Positions 30,227 through 38,789 are shown, numbered from the stretch's first letter. The stretch is 40,002 bases of DNA from Pseudomonadota bacterium (GCA_039800365.1 JBDLQW010000152.1:1-40002), one strand, 5' to 3'. The notes: a model not told the origin generated them from the sequence alone. Translations and numbers: made by a program.

Positions 30227-32350
30227 TCAGGGGCGCTTGCGCATTTCCTTCAAGAACAGCAATTTGTTTTTCTGGGACTCTTGAATTTCGTTGAACCTGG
30301 TTTTGAAAGCGCTCTTCGCCCACTCCACGATTCGTTTCATGAGTTCTTGCTGGCGCTCTACAGATTCCTTCGGAACCGTGACGTCAGTCGGAGTGGAGTT
30401 CGAGTCATCTGACGTTGCGCGAATTGGGATGCCATAGCCTTCAGATTGGATTGCGGTTGGCACCATTTTCAAGATCAGCGCGCGAAGCTCGTCGAGCGCT
30501 TGGGCGATCTCGGTAAAGGAGTTTCGCGACTCTGGTGGAAGTTCGTCGATTTTTTTAGCTTCGATCAAGGCTGCGAGCTTCTTTTGAAGAGTACCGTCAC
30601 TTCTTCGTAGCGAATAGGCCTCGAGCAGGAAAAACCGAGCTGCTAGCACATGGCGGGGCTCTGAGGATTTTTGAGCAAGTTCTTCAAACCACTCGCGACG
30701 CTGCTCAGCAGTAGTTTCAGAAAGGTAGCGGTCGGTCTCAGATGGCATCGCAGTCGAGCAGCCGGCCATTTGGCAGGAGCGAATCAAGCTCGAGAGCATT
30801 TGATCGACCTCGGGTTTTTTTGACGCAAAATAATAGCCGTTTTGAACGGCTTTTTCGTGGTCTTGAAGCACCGAGGTGTCGACGATTCTTAATTTTTGGA
30901 GGGTTTCATGCAGGCCCAGCGGCGAAATGGGGTGTCTGCTAGAGAGTCGTGATTCGCCGAGGACGCCCTTCAGGAAGTTGAGCGCCTCGGTGGCGCAGTT
31001 ATTGGTCAGAAATTTATAGCGACCAGCGTACTCCCACGAAGCTTCCAAGGTGCGAAAAATAAAGAGGCGTTTCTCGTCTTCGGTGAGACGTAGCGGCAAG
31101 CTCACGAGCTCGCGAAATTCGGTTTTGTTGTACTCTTCAATGGTGGCTAGAAATGGCTGAGCAATGAGGGTTGAACTGTATTTTCCGATTAGGCCTTTCC
31201 AATACGAGATCGCGAGATCGGGCACTGTGGCTCGAAAGCTGATCGTGACATGGTGGGCAAGATCGTTGAGGCATTCGGGGCCTACGGTTTTGCGATCTGG
31301 CGAGCAGACCACGATGCGGTACAGCGAATGGCCCCACTTGCTCATTGCTTCAGGGCCTTTGCCCGCAAAAAGGGCGTGGATTTCGTAGACGCGCTCGGGG
31401 TCGATATCGATCAACGGCGCTAAGCCTGTTCCTTGAGTGTTCACAGGAATCGTTGTTTGGGGCTTACAGCTGCGTGTCTTTTGATAGGGATCAAAACCAA
31501 AATGTTTTGAATAGAACGCATGAACTGCTGGACGTCGGCAGGCGAACTCGGGATCAAGTGCGAAAAATTCGAGGTTGACCCCAAAAGCCTCCTTCCAGTT
31601 CTTGAACTCATAGGGGTCGGGGCTTCTGAGTGAAAGCTGGTTTCCCTGCCCGCGAGTGTGGAAGATCAAGCCCGTCTCAACCCATCCCATGAGGTCTAGG
31701 AAGTCGGCGCGGTTTGAAACGCGTAAGCGATTTTTTAGTTTTCGGCACTCAGGATCGATGGCTTTTCCCGGGCTTCGGCTGACGGTTGATTCTGCGGCGG
31801 CACAGCGATCGAGAAAGGCCTGTTCTGAGGAGGTCTTGAGGTCGGTGTAGTCGTAGAGGTGTCCGACTTCATGAATCGCCGTGGCCAGGGCTAATCGGTA
31901 CGCGTTCTTATGGCCGCAAGCATAGCGAACCGCCGAGGCTTCTCCAGATGCGATGATCGACAGGAAGTTTTGGTTCAGGACAACCTCAGCCAGAGTTGAA
32001 GCGCTGGTCCAAGGGCTTTTTCGGACGTAGCCTAAAGTCTGTTTTTCTGCGTCGGGGTCGACGCTGTCGCCGATGCATGAGGGGCCTGTGATTTTCGATG
32101 AGTCATCAAGCTTCTGAAACCGGATGGTAATCGTACGCCCTAAGTGGCTTTTTAAGCTGGGGGGAAGCAGGGCGTCGACTTGCTTGAGAAAGGATTGGAT
32201 GGCGCGGCTATCTTTTGAAGCAAAAGTGGCTGGATCAGCCTGCAAAGCAAAAGGTGCTGCCTGAGCATTCAACGAGACCATCCAAGACGCGCTCAGAATG
32301 GCGAGAAAAAGCGGGGTCTTCTTCAGAGAAGGGGTTCGTGAATCGGTCAT
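30227..32350 (-). CDS. Secreted DUF4105 (Lnb-like) protein with N-terminal HEXXH domain
   Basis: Signal peptide, HEVGH, WGHSL and YKFLTNNCAT. Start 32350 or 32368. Confidence 0.75.
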   Translation of the reverse strand: MTDSRTPSLKKTPLFLAILSASWMVSLNAQAAPFALQADPATFASKDSRAIQSFLKQVDALLPPSLKSHLGRTITIRFQKLDDSSKITGPSCIGDSVDPDAEKQTLGYVRKSPWTSASTLAEVVLNQNFLSIIASGEASAVRYACGHKNAYRLALATAIHEVGHLYDYTDLKTSSEQAFLDRCAAAESTVSRSPGKAIDPECRKLKNRLRVSNRADFLDLMGWVETGLIFHTRGQGNQLSLRSPDPYEFKNWKEAFGVNLEFFALDPEFACRRPAVHAFYSKHFGFDPYQKTRSCKPQTTIPVNTQGTGLAPLIDIDPERVYEIHALFAGKGPEAMSKWGHSLYRIVVCSPDRKTVGPECLNDLAHHVTISFRATVPDLAISYWKGLIGKYSSTLIAQPFLATIEEYNKTEFRELVSLPLRLTEDEKRLFIFRTLEASWEYAGRYKFLTNNCATEALNFLKGVLGESRLSSRHPISPLGLHETLQKLRIVDTSVLQDHEKAVQNGYYFASKKPEVDQMLSSLIRSCQMAGCSTAMPSETDRYLSETTAEQRREWFEELAQKSSEPRHVLAARFFLLEAYSLRRSDGTLQKKLAALIEAKKIDELPPESRNSFTEIAQALDELRALILKMVPTAIQSEGYGIPIRATSDDSNSTPTDVTVPKESVERQQELMKRIVEWAKSAFKTRFNEIQESQKNKLLFLKEMRKRP

Positions 32351-32539
32351 GGTGCGATGCGTTATCATGCAATAGTGCTGCGCGTCAACCCGATCGGTTT
32401 GGGGCTTACTCGATTTGGGGCAGGGTTGGGCGGCGGCCCCCCACTGAGCCCCTCAAGCTCGATAAAAATAACGCTTTGCGTAAAAATTCGCTGGCTCCAA
32501 CCATGTAAAAAAGCTAGGGTCGGCACCCAGGTTATTGTC

Positions 32540-34252
32540 ATGCGCCAGGACGACTCTTCGCTCAATAAACACTTGATCCGCCTGCGGCTCTTAAACGAGC
32601 TATCGGCGAATCTTCAATCGCTACTTGAGAGCGACCAGTTCTATCAAGAAGTGGTCGACTTAGTTCAGGCCAAGTTTGCTTATCTGGTGCTTCAGGTTTG
32701 GAGCGTCGATGACAAACAGACCGCCCGACTTGAAGCCCAAGCCGGCGCGTACCAGTCTCATCTTCCGATAGGGCATATTCTTTCGAAGCGGCAGGATCTC
32801 TCGAGCAACGTGGGAATCGTGGGGCAAGTGATTCGCCAGAAGAAATCGTATCTGACCAACGATGCGAGCAGCGATCCCAATTATACTGACTTGTCTTTTC
32901 CGGTACGAACTCAGTCAGAGCTCTCGGTGCCGATTGTGATCGATGAACAAGTTGTTGGAGTTTTGAATGCCGAGAGCGATGAGCTCCATGCTTTTGACCA
33001 AGACGATGTCTTGACCCTTGAAGCCGTGAGCGCCCAGGTTTCAGTTGCGCTCACGAACCGCAAGCTTCTTGCTGAGGCCCGGAGCTTCAATAAGAAATTA
33101 CAAAGCGCCGTCGAAGAGAAGACTCTCGAGCTTCGACATGCTCATGAGCGGATTCTTGAGCAGCAGCGGCTCCTTCAAAAAGAAAATAAGGCGCTAAAAA
33201 CCCTCGTTCAACACGATCAAAAGCCTTTCGAGATCGTCGGAAAAAGTCCCTCGCTTTCAAGCCTGCTTGCGATGGTCGATAAGATCGCTCCCACGACGGC
33301 GACCGTGCTCATTCAAGGCGAGAGCGGCACGGGCAAGGAGTTGATTGCCCGACGCTTGCACTTTCAAAGCGAGCGTTTTGAAAAGCCTTATGTCGTCGTG
33401 AATTGCGGCGCTCTTCAAGAGTCGTTGCTCGAAAGCGAACTCTTCGGTCATGAAAAGGGCGCCTTTACAGGAGCCACTCAGCAGAAGATGGGTCTCTGTG
33501 AGACGGCCGATCATGGGTCGCTGTTTCTAGACGAAATCGGCGAGCTTTCTCTTCCGATTCAGGCCAAATTGCTTCGCTTCCTTCAAGAGGGCGAGTTCTA
33601 TCGGCTGGGGGGCAAGCGTCCGATTTCTGTTGATGTTCGAGTCATCAGCGCCACGAACCGTGATTTAGAAGTAGAGGTGAGGGAAGGCCGCTTTCGCGAA
33701 GATTTGTATTATCGGTTGAATACGATCACCCTGAGGATGCCGCCCCTTCGTAAGCGTCGAGAAGACATTGTTCCCTTGGTTCAGCATTTTCTGAAGCACT
33801 CTCGATTTGGGGGAAGCGCTCCGGTTCGCCGGGTGGATTCGCGGGTTTTTGAGGCGCTTCAACGGTATGACTGGCCTGGCAATATTCGAGAGCTTCAAAA
33901 TACGGTCGAGCGGCTCAAGATTCTGGCCGAAAACCAGGAAATTCGGTTCGAGGATCTGCCCTCGCATTTGCGGGCCGCTTCGGCGTTCAGCGAAAGCTCG
34001 TCTGGCAAGTCCAGCGCGATGGGCCTCCAGCCCGGCCTGACTTTGGGGTTTGGGCCCGGAATGCCGCTTGAAGAGCTGGAAAAAGCTTATATCCTGCAAA
34101 CTCTCGAGGGCTGCGGCGGCAACAAAACGCGGGCAGCCCATCAACTGGGCATCACCATCAAAACCCTCTACAATAAGCTCCATCGTTATGGGGCGTTCCG
34201 GACTTCGCTTGCAGAAGACTCCGAAACCGCGTTAGGAGAAAGTCATCTATGA
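32540..34252 (+). CDS. GAF domain sigma54-dependent enhancer-binding protein
   Basis: GAF domain (SELSVPI..VGVL), coiled coil, GESGTGKE, GAFTGA, FLDEIGE, WPGNIREL and a Fis-type HTH. Confidence 0.95.
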   Translation: MRQDDSSLNKHLIRLRLLNELSANLQSLLESDQFYQEVVDLVQAKFAYLVLQVWSVDDKQTARLEAQAGAYQSHLPIGHILSKRQDLSSNVGIVGQVIRQKKSYLTNDASSDPNYTDLSFPVRTQSELSVPIVIDEQVVGVLNAESDELHAFDQDDVLTLEAVSAQVSVALTNRKLLAEARSFNKKLQSAVEEKTLELRHAHERILEQQRLLQKENKALKTLVQHDQKPFEIVGKSPSLSSLLAMVDKIAPTTATVLIQGESGTGKELIARRLHFQSERFEKPYVVVNCGALQESLLESELFGHEKGAFTGATQQKMGLCETADHGSLFLDEIGELSLPIQAKLLRFLQEGEFYRLGGKRPISVDVRVISATNRDLEVEVREGRFREDLYYRLNTITLRMPPLRKRREDIVPLVQHFLKHSRFGGSAPVRRVDSRVFEALQRYDWPGNIRELQNTVERLKILAENQEIRFEDLPSHLRAASAFSESSSGKSSAMGLQPGLTLGFGPGMPLEELEKAYILQTLEGCGGNKTRAAHQLGITIKTLYNKLHRYGAFRTSLAEDSETALGESHL

Positions 34253-34707
34253 CCAAGAAGAAAGTCAGTCCTGCCAAGGCCTCAAAATCTGAGACAGCTC
34301 CCAAGGCCGAAAAGCCCACCAAGTCTGTGAAAGCAGCAGCGAAGGAGCCTGTCGAGGAAGCTCCCGTCGCACCTGCTGCTCCTGGTGAGGATGCAGACGA
34401 AGTCGATGAAGACGAGGCGGCAGCCGCGAGTAGCTCAGGCGGAGGTGGCAACGCCGCCGCATTGGCAGCTGCGGGTTCATCCGAGATGTCGGCTTCTTTC
34501 AAGAATTTCCGTCATCACCCCGACATGGAAAACTTCTATCGCTTTATTTACGAAAACGATCTTCGTCATGAAGCTTTGGCCATCATGAGCCAGATGGTGC
34601 AGCAAAAGCAGGCTGGCAAGCAGGCCGAGAAACCGGCTCTAAAAGAGCCATCTGAAAAGGCTTCTGAAAAATCAGCCAAGAAGGCCCCTTCACAGGCACG
34701 GCGTTAA
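34249..34707 (+). CDS. Hypothetical protein: Lys/Ala-rich tails around a short ordered core
   Basis: AGGAG RBS and ATGA coupling. Core is NFRHHPDMENFYRFIYENDLRHEAL. Confidence 0.75.
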   Translation: MTKKKVSPAKASKSETAPKAEKPTKSVKAAAKEPVEEAPVAPAAPGEDADEVDEDEAAAASSSGGGGNAAALAAAGSSEMSASFKNFRHHPDMENFYRFIYENDLRHEALAIMSQMVQQKQAGKQAEKPALKEPSEKASEKSAKKAPSQARR

Positions 34708-34714
34708 TTCCGGA

Positions 34715-34742
34715 TTCGGCGCGAGGTTAGTCTCGTGCCGAA
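34715..34742. terminator. Hairpin between convergent genes
   Basis: TTCGGCGCGAGG-TTAG-TCTCGTGCCGAA stem-loop; U-tracts are weak. Confidence 0.55.
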
Positions 34743-34757
34743 GGGGCTGCTTCGACT

Positions 34758-35843
34758 TTAGCTTTGGCCCGCAAAGCGGCGAAGGTAGTCTGCAAGCGCC
34801 CGGGCGCCTTCTTCTGGAAACGCATTGTAAAGGCTTGCCCTGAATCCTCCGACTGACCGGTGTCCTTTTAGGCCATCCATTCCGAGAGCGTGAGCTCCGG
34901 CAAGAAAGTCGGCCTCGCGGTTGGTGTCGCGTAGCCGAAAAGTGATGTTCATCAGTGATCGGTCTGCTGGTTCGGTGACCGTGGGGTCATAGACGCCAGT
35001 GCACTCATCGAGGGCTTCATAGATCAGCGAAGCATTTTTCGCGTTCTTCTGCGCAATGGTGCTCACTCCTCCTGAAGCTTCAAGCCATCGAAGATTGAGG
35101 GCCAAGGTATAAACCGCAAAAACGGGTGGAGTGTTGTAGAGCGCTCCGGCCTTGGCATGAGCGGCAAAACTCAAGATCGAGGGAATGTCAGCGGGCACTT
35201 TTTCGAGAAGGGCTTTTTTAAGAACGACGACGGTAACTCCCGCAGGGCCCAGATTTTTTTGAGCGCCCGCATAAATCAGATCAAATCCAGAGTAGTCGCG
35301 CACCAGCCCCAAGATGTCGGACGACGCGTCGGCGAAATAGGGCACCCCCTGAGGGGCTACTGGAACCGTTTTCCATTGAGTTCCCTCAATCGTATTGTTG
35401 GTGGTGATGTGCAGGTAGTTGGCTTCAGGGTTGAACTGCCACTGTTTGGGAAGGTGACTGAACTTCGCTGATTCAGAAGATCCGGCGACCTGAACGTTAC
35501 CGAACTTCCGCGCTTCGGCCATTGCTTTCGCGCTCCATTCGCCGGTGTGCAGGAACTCAGCAGTACCGGAGCGAGGCAGAAAATTCATGGGTACCATCGC
35601 GAACTGAAGGCTTGCTCCTCCTCCTAGGAAGAAGACTTCGTAGTCTTCGCCGGAGAGATTCATGAGTCGCAGCAAGCGCTCTCGAGCTTCGAGGTGAATG
35701 GCTTCGTAGTCTTTTCCTCGATGACCAATCTCTAAGATCGACATTCCTGATTTTCCCAGTTCAAGGACACCTCGGCTGGCTTCTTCAAGAACAGGTACGG
35801 GCAGCATGGCGGGGCCAGAATTGAAATTAAAGATGCGTCTCAT
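34758..35843 (-). CDS. serC: Phosphoserine aminotransferase
   Basis: NFNSGPA.LP, GGASLQF, NNTIEG, YAGAQKNLGPAG, NTPP and GHRSVGGFRASLYNA. Confidence 0.97.
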   Translation of the reverse strand: MRRIFNFNSGPAMLPVPVLEEASRGVLELGKSGMSILEIGHRGKDYEAIHLEARERLLRLMNLSGEDYEVFFLGGGASLQFAMVPMNFLPRSGTAEFLHTGEWSAKAMAEARKFGNVQVAGSSESAKFSHLPKQWQFNPEANYLHITTNNTIEGTQWKTVPVAPQGVPYFADASSDILGLVRDYSGFDLIYAGAQKNLGPAGVTVVVLKKALLEKVPADIPSILSFAAHAKAGALYNTPPVFAVYTLALNLRWLEASGGVSTIAQKNAKNASLIYEALDECTGVYDPTVTEPADRSLMNITFRLRDTNREADFLAGAHALGMDGLKGHRSVGGFRASLYNAFPEEGARALADYLRRFAGQS

Positions 35844-35852
35844 GGAATGAAG

Positions 35853-35881
35853 AGCTTAGGGGGGATTTGGCAGCATCGCAA
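35853..35881 (-). promoter_or_regulatory. Sigma70-like promoter of serC
   Basis: TTGCGA-17nt-TAAGCT-9nt-ATG, with no SD. Confidence 0.6.
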
Positions 35882-36231
35882 TGCGCAGAGCAGGATAAAG
35901 TGGCGAAAAAGCTCTGACAAGCGTCAGATTTCGAATCTCGACGGCAGTGAGAATACCGATATCACGTGAGCTGGCTAGTCTCAGGAGGGGCGAGGGCAGA
36001 TTCGCAAGTGCCGACAAAGCGCTGCATGATCATTACCCGCACGCATAGAGCCGCTTCGCTTTTCGCCTCTCGTCTCGGCAGAAAAAGCAGAAGCTTTCTG
36101 GCCTCGAGATCAAACGGCGCAGAATAGCGCTCTCAAAACCAGCGAGATATTGATGTTGATGTGGGCCTTATCAATGAGAGCTCGAAGCCCTTTCAGCCAG
36201 TCTTTGAGGCCAAGCGCGAGCACACCAAACG

Positions 36232-36260
36232 AAAAAGGGGAAGGCGTTGCCGCCTTCCCC
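36232..36260 (-). terminator. Rho-independent terminator of LRR gene
   Basis: GGGGAAGGCG-TTGC-CGCCTTCCCC 10-bp stem followed by a U5 tract on the minus strand, just after the stop. Confidence 0.85.
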
Positions 36261-36266
36261 CTCTTC

Positions 36267-36944
36267 TCAGTCTTGTAAAGCCAGCGCTTGTTTGCAGTGC
36301 TGCTGGCTGGCCCACGTTCCAAAAATATAGACAGTGCTTCTCTCGAAGCGCTGCGGAATCGAGACCCGGTCGGCGGTCAGGCAGTTACCGGCGAAGGCCA
36401 AAATACCGATCGTGCTCACGGAATTCGGAATCACGATGCTCGTGAGCTGGTTGTCGGAGAAGGCCCCACCACCGATCGTGTTGACGGAATTCGGAATCAC
36501 GACGCTCATGAGCTGGTTTTCCGCGAAGGCCCTCCCACCGATCGTGGTCACTGAATTCGGAATTACAACGCTCGTGAGCTTGTTGTCGGAGAACGCCCTC
36601 CAACCAATCCTGGTGACGGAGTCTGGAATCACGACGCTCGTGAGCTGGTTCGACTGGAAGGCATCATTACCGATCGTGGTGACGGAGTCTGGAATCACGA
36701 CGTTCGTGAGCTGGTTCGACTGGAAGGCATAATTACCGATCGTGGTGACGGAGTCTGGAATCACGACGTCGCGCGGGCACTTCTTGAAGAAAAACCTCTT
36801 CTGTTTGTAACCGACAATAGTGGTCTCGGACTTATCCGAGAAAATGAAGCAGCCCTTCGGAGTAGGCTCCTGTGCCTGCGCGCCCGAAGTGGAGAGGAAG
36901 GTGGCAAGAGACAGAGTCAAAACGGATAGGGTGTGAGATTTCAT
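36267..36944 (-). CDS. BspA-type (LRR_5) leucine-rich-repeat secreted/surface protein
   Basis: Signal peptide (AQA) and six 22-aa repeats VVIP(D/N)SVTTIGxxAFxxNQLT. Confidence 0.92.
   Translation of the reverse strand: MKSHTLSVLTLSLATFLSTSGAQAQEPTPKGCFIFSDKSETTIVGYKQKRFFFKKCPRDVVIPDSVTTIGNYAFQSNQLTNVVIPDSVTTIGNDAFQSNQLTSVVIPDSVTRIGWRAFSDNKLTSVVIPNSVTTIGGRAFAENQLMSVVIPNSVNTIGGGAFSDNQLTSIVIPNSVSTIGILAFAGNCLTADRVSIPQRFERSTVYIFGTWASQQHCKQALALQD
36376..36771 (-). repeat. Six tandem 66-nt repeat units within the LRR gene
   Basis: Units 1 and 2 differ at only 2 nt; variation clusters at the codons after IG and after AF. Confidence 0.9.
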
Positions 36945-37133
36945 GACTTTGGTTTCCTTAAGAACCGCGAGTGGTGCCTCGTTTTTTAATTCATCGCAAT
37001 AAGAAAAGTCGGTTCTGCTTGTGCTTACCCAAGCACTGGATTTTAAGACGCTTTACAGTCCAGCCCCCTCAGTTCGCGCGACCGTCAAGGGCTCTGCCGC
37101 AGGACAGTTCGTGGGTCCCCGATTTGGGCCTCA

Positions 37134-37286
37134 TCAGATATCGAAAGTTCTTCTCTCGAAGCGCTGCGGAATCGAGACCCGGTCGGCGGTCAGGCAGTTA
37201 CCGGCGAAGGCCATCTCACCGATCGTGGTGACGGAGTCTGGAATCACAAGGCTCGTGAGCTGGTTGTAGTGGAAGGCAACCGGCAA
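37134..37286 (-). pseudogene. Orphan 3' fragment of an LRR paralog (about 1.4 repeats plus C-cap)
   Basis: Translates [50 protein letters not shown]. 37150-37213 is identical to 36337-36400. Confidence 0.85.
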
Positions 37287-37303
37287 CAAGCCTCCTTAGT
37301 AGT

Positions 37304-37345
37304 TGTAGTGTTTTCGTTTTAGAGAATTCAAAAACGACTATTACA
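37304..37345. promoter_or_regulatory. Imperfect palindrome, possible recombinase-binding (res-like) site or operator
   Basis: TGTAGT...TCGTTTT-10nt-AAAACGA...ATTACA lies just upstream of the recombinase relic. Confidence 0.4.
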
Positions 37346-37394
37346 GGCGACCCCGAACTTTCGGCTGACCATCCCAATCAACTATCGCCCCGAT

Positions 37395-37536
37395 GGGCTG
37401 GGGCGACCAAAGAAAAACGAGTAAGAAGTCGTCCGTAAGCTTCGACAGAAGGGCATGAGTTATCAGGAGATCGAGGGCAATTGGTCTGTCGTCCGGGTCC
37501 GTCTGGCGGGCGCTGAAGGGTGTCGTGAGACATTAA
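37395..37536 (+). pseudogene. C-terminal relic of a serine resolvase/invertase (GRP hook plus HTH)
   Basis: Manual translation GLGRPKKNE*EVVRKLRQKGMSYQEI/RAIGLSSGSVWRALKGVVRH*, with a stop at 37422 and a frameshift near 37473. Confidence 0.7.
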
Positions 37537-37646
37537 TCTGAGCTGTTGATGACCGGTATGACTCGTCGACTGTAGTTGTTGGGCGGCTGTAATGAGTAAC
37601 TCTGTTTCGGATTGCAGTCTTAAACGGAAATGGTATTGATGATTTA

Positions 37647-38789
37647 ATGGAACTTCAAAGAGCTTTGTCACTAGAGGGTCTGCTCCAGAAGAAAAGTCTT
37701 TTTCTTTTTGGGCCTCGTAGCACGGGCAAATCCACATTGATCCGTCAGCAACTGCCAGGAGTGCGAACTTACGATCTCCTTGAAGATGAGGTCTTTGAAA
37801 ATCTCCTTCGTCGCCCGCAACTGATCGAAGAGCAGTTACGGAACACGGACCGGATCATTGTGATTGATGAGATTCAGAAACTTCCAAAGTTACTGAACGA
37901 GGTGCACCGGCTGATTGAAAAGAGGAAAGTTCGTTTCTTGCTCACAGGTAGTTCAGCAAGCAAGCTGAAACGTGGCGCCTCAAATCTATTGGGAGGAAGA
38001 GCCTGGGAAGCGAAACTAAATCCACTGACATCCCAAGAGCTCGGAACAAAATTTGACCTCATTCGCTATCTCAACATCGGGGGACTGCCTCACGTTTATC
38101 TTTCGGATGAGCCGCAGGAGGAACTGAAAGCCTATGCCGGATTGTATCTTCGTGAGGAAATCATCGCCGAGGGCTTGGTAAGAAAGCTCGCTGATTTTTC
38201 TAGATTTCTAGAGGTGATGGCGCAGTCCTGTGGAGAAGAGTTGCACTACCAAGGGTTATCTAACGATACAGGCGTCCAAGCACGAACCATTCAAAATTAC
38301 GTCCAAATACTTGAAGACACTTTGATCGGCTTCCAAGTGGGACCATTTTTGAAAACCCGGAAGAGGAAAGCCATAACTCGTTCGAAATTCTATTTATTCG
38401 ACCTTGGGGTGTGCAATCGCCTTGCCCGTCGCCCAAAAATCGAAGAGGACAATGAGCTTTTCGGGAAGGTTTTTGAACATTTCATTATTCGCGAAATCCG
38501 AAGCTACCTAGACTACACTCGATCGGATGAAGCTCTGTGTTATTGGCGATCGAGTACCAGTGACTTTGAGGTTGATGCTATTGTAGGAAACCAAGCCGCG
38601 TTCGAAGTCAAATCAACGAGGTCCGTCGGGCCAGCTCATCTTAAGGGGCTTCGAGCCTTGCGTGAAGAAGACAAAGTGAAGTCCTTTTACGTGATTTCTC
38701 GTGATCCCATGGAGCGTACTTTGGACGGCATTCGGATTTTGCCGTGGAAAAAATTCTTGGAGCTTCTCTGGAGTGGAGCGCTAATTTAG
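37647..38789 (+). CDS. AAA_14 ATPase with DUF4143 C-terminal domain
   Basis: GPRSTGKST, IDEIQK, LTGSSA, GGLP, KFYLFDLG, FEHF and YWR....EVD....AFEVK. Confidence 0.9.
   Translation: MELQRALSLEGLLQKKSLFLFGPRSTGKSTLIRQQLPGVRTYDLLEDEVFENLLRRPQLIEEQLRNTDRIIVIDEIQKLPKLLNEVHRLIEKRKVRFLLTGSSASKLKRGASNLLGGRAWEAKLNPLTSQELGTKFDLIRYLNIGGLPHVYLSDEPQEELKAYAGLYLREEIIAEGLVRKLADFSRFLEVMAQSCGEELHYQGLSNDTGVQARTIQNYVQILEDTLIGFQVGPFLKTRKRKAITRSKFYLFDLGVCNRLARRPKIEEDNELFGKVFEHFIIREIRSYLDYTRSDEALCYWRSSTSDFEVDAIVGNQAAFEVKSTRSVGPAHLKGLRALREEDKVKSFYVISRDPMERTLDGIRILPWKKFLELLWSGALI

Noticed and set aside
32521-32536. CGGCAC as a sigma54 promoter of the activator gene
   Set aside because: Lacks the GC at -12.
35900-36070. 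Possible structured ncRNA (GGCGAAAA/TTTTCGCC end pairing)
   Set aside because: Pairing is short and no known RNA family motif was recognised.
36110-36322. Minus-strand ORF containing LKGLRAL, also found in the AAA-DUF4143 C-terminus
   Set aside because: Only a 7-aa match, the ORF runs through the LRR terminator, and no further similarity is visible.
36376-36771. 66-nt periodic repeats as a CRISPR array
   Set aside because: They are in-frame coding LRR units without unique spacers, and there are no cas genes.
36337-37280. LRR gene and orphan copy as a DGR variable/template repeat pair
   Set aside because: Differences are not restricted to adenines and no reverse transcriptase is in the window.
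37270-37300. Integron attC/attI site at the orphan junction
   Set aside because: GTTGCCG does not fit GTTRRRY and no tyrosine integrase is present.
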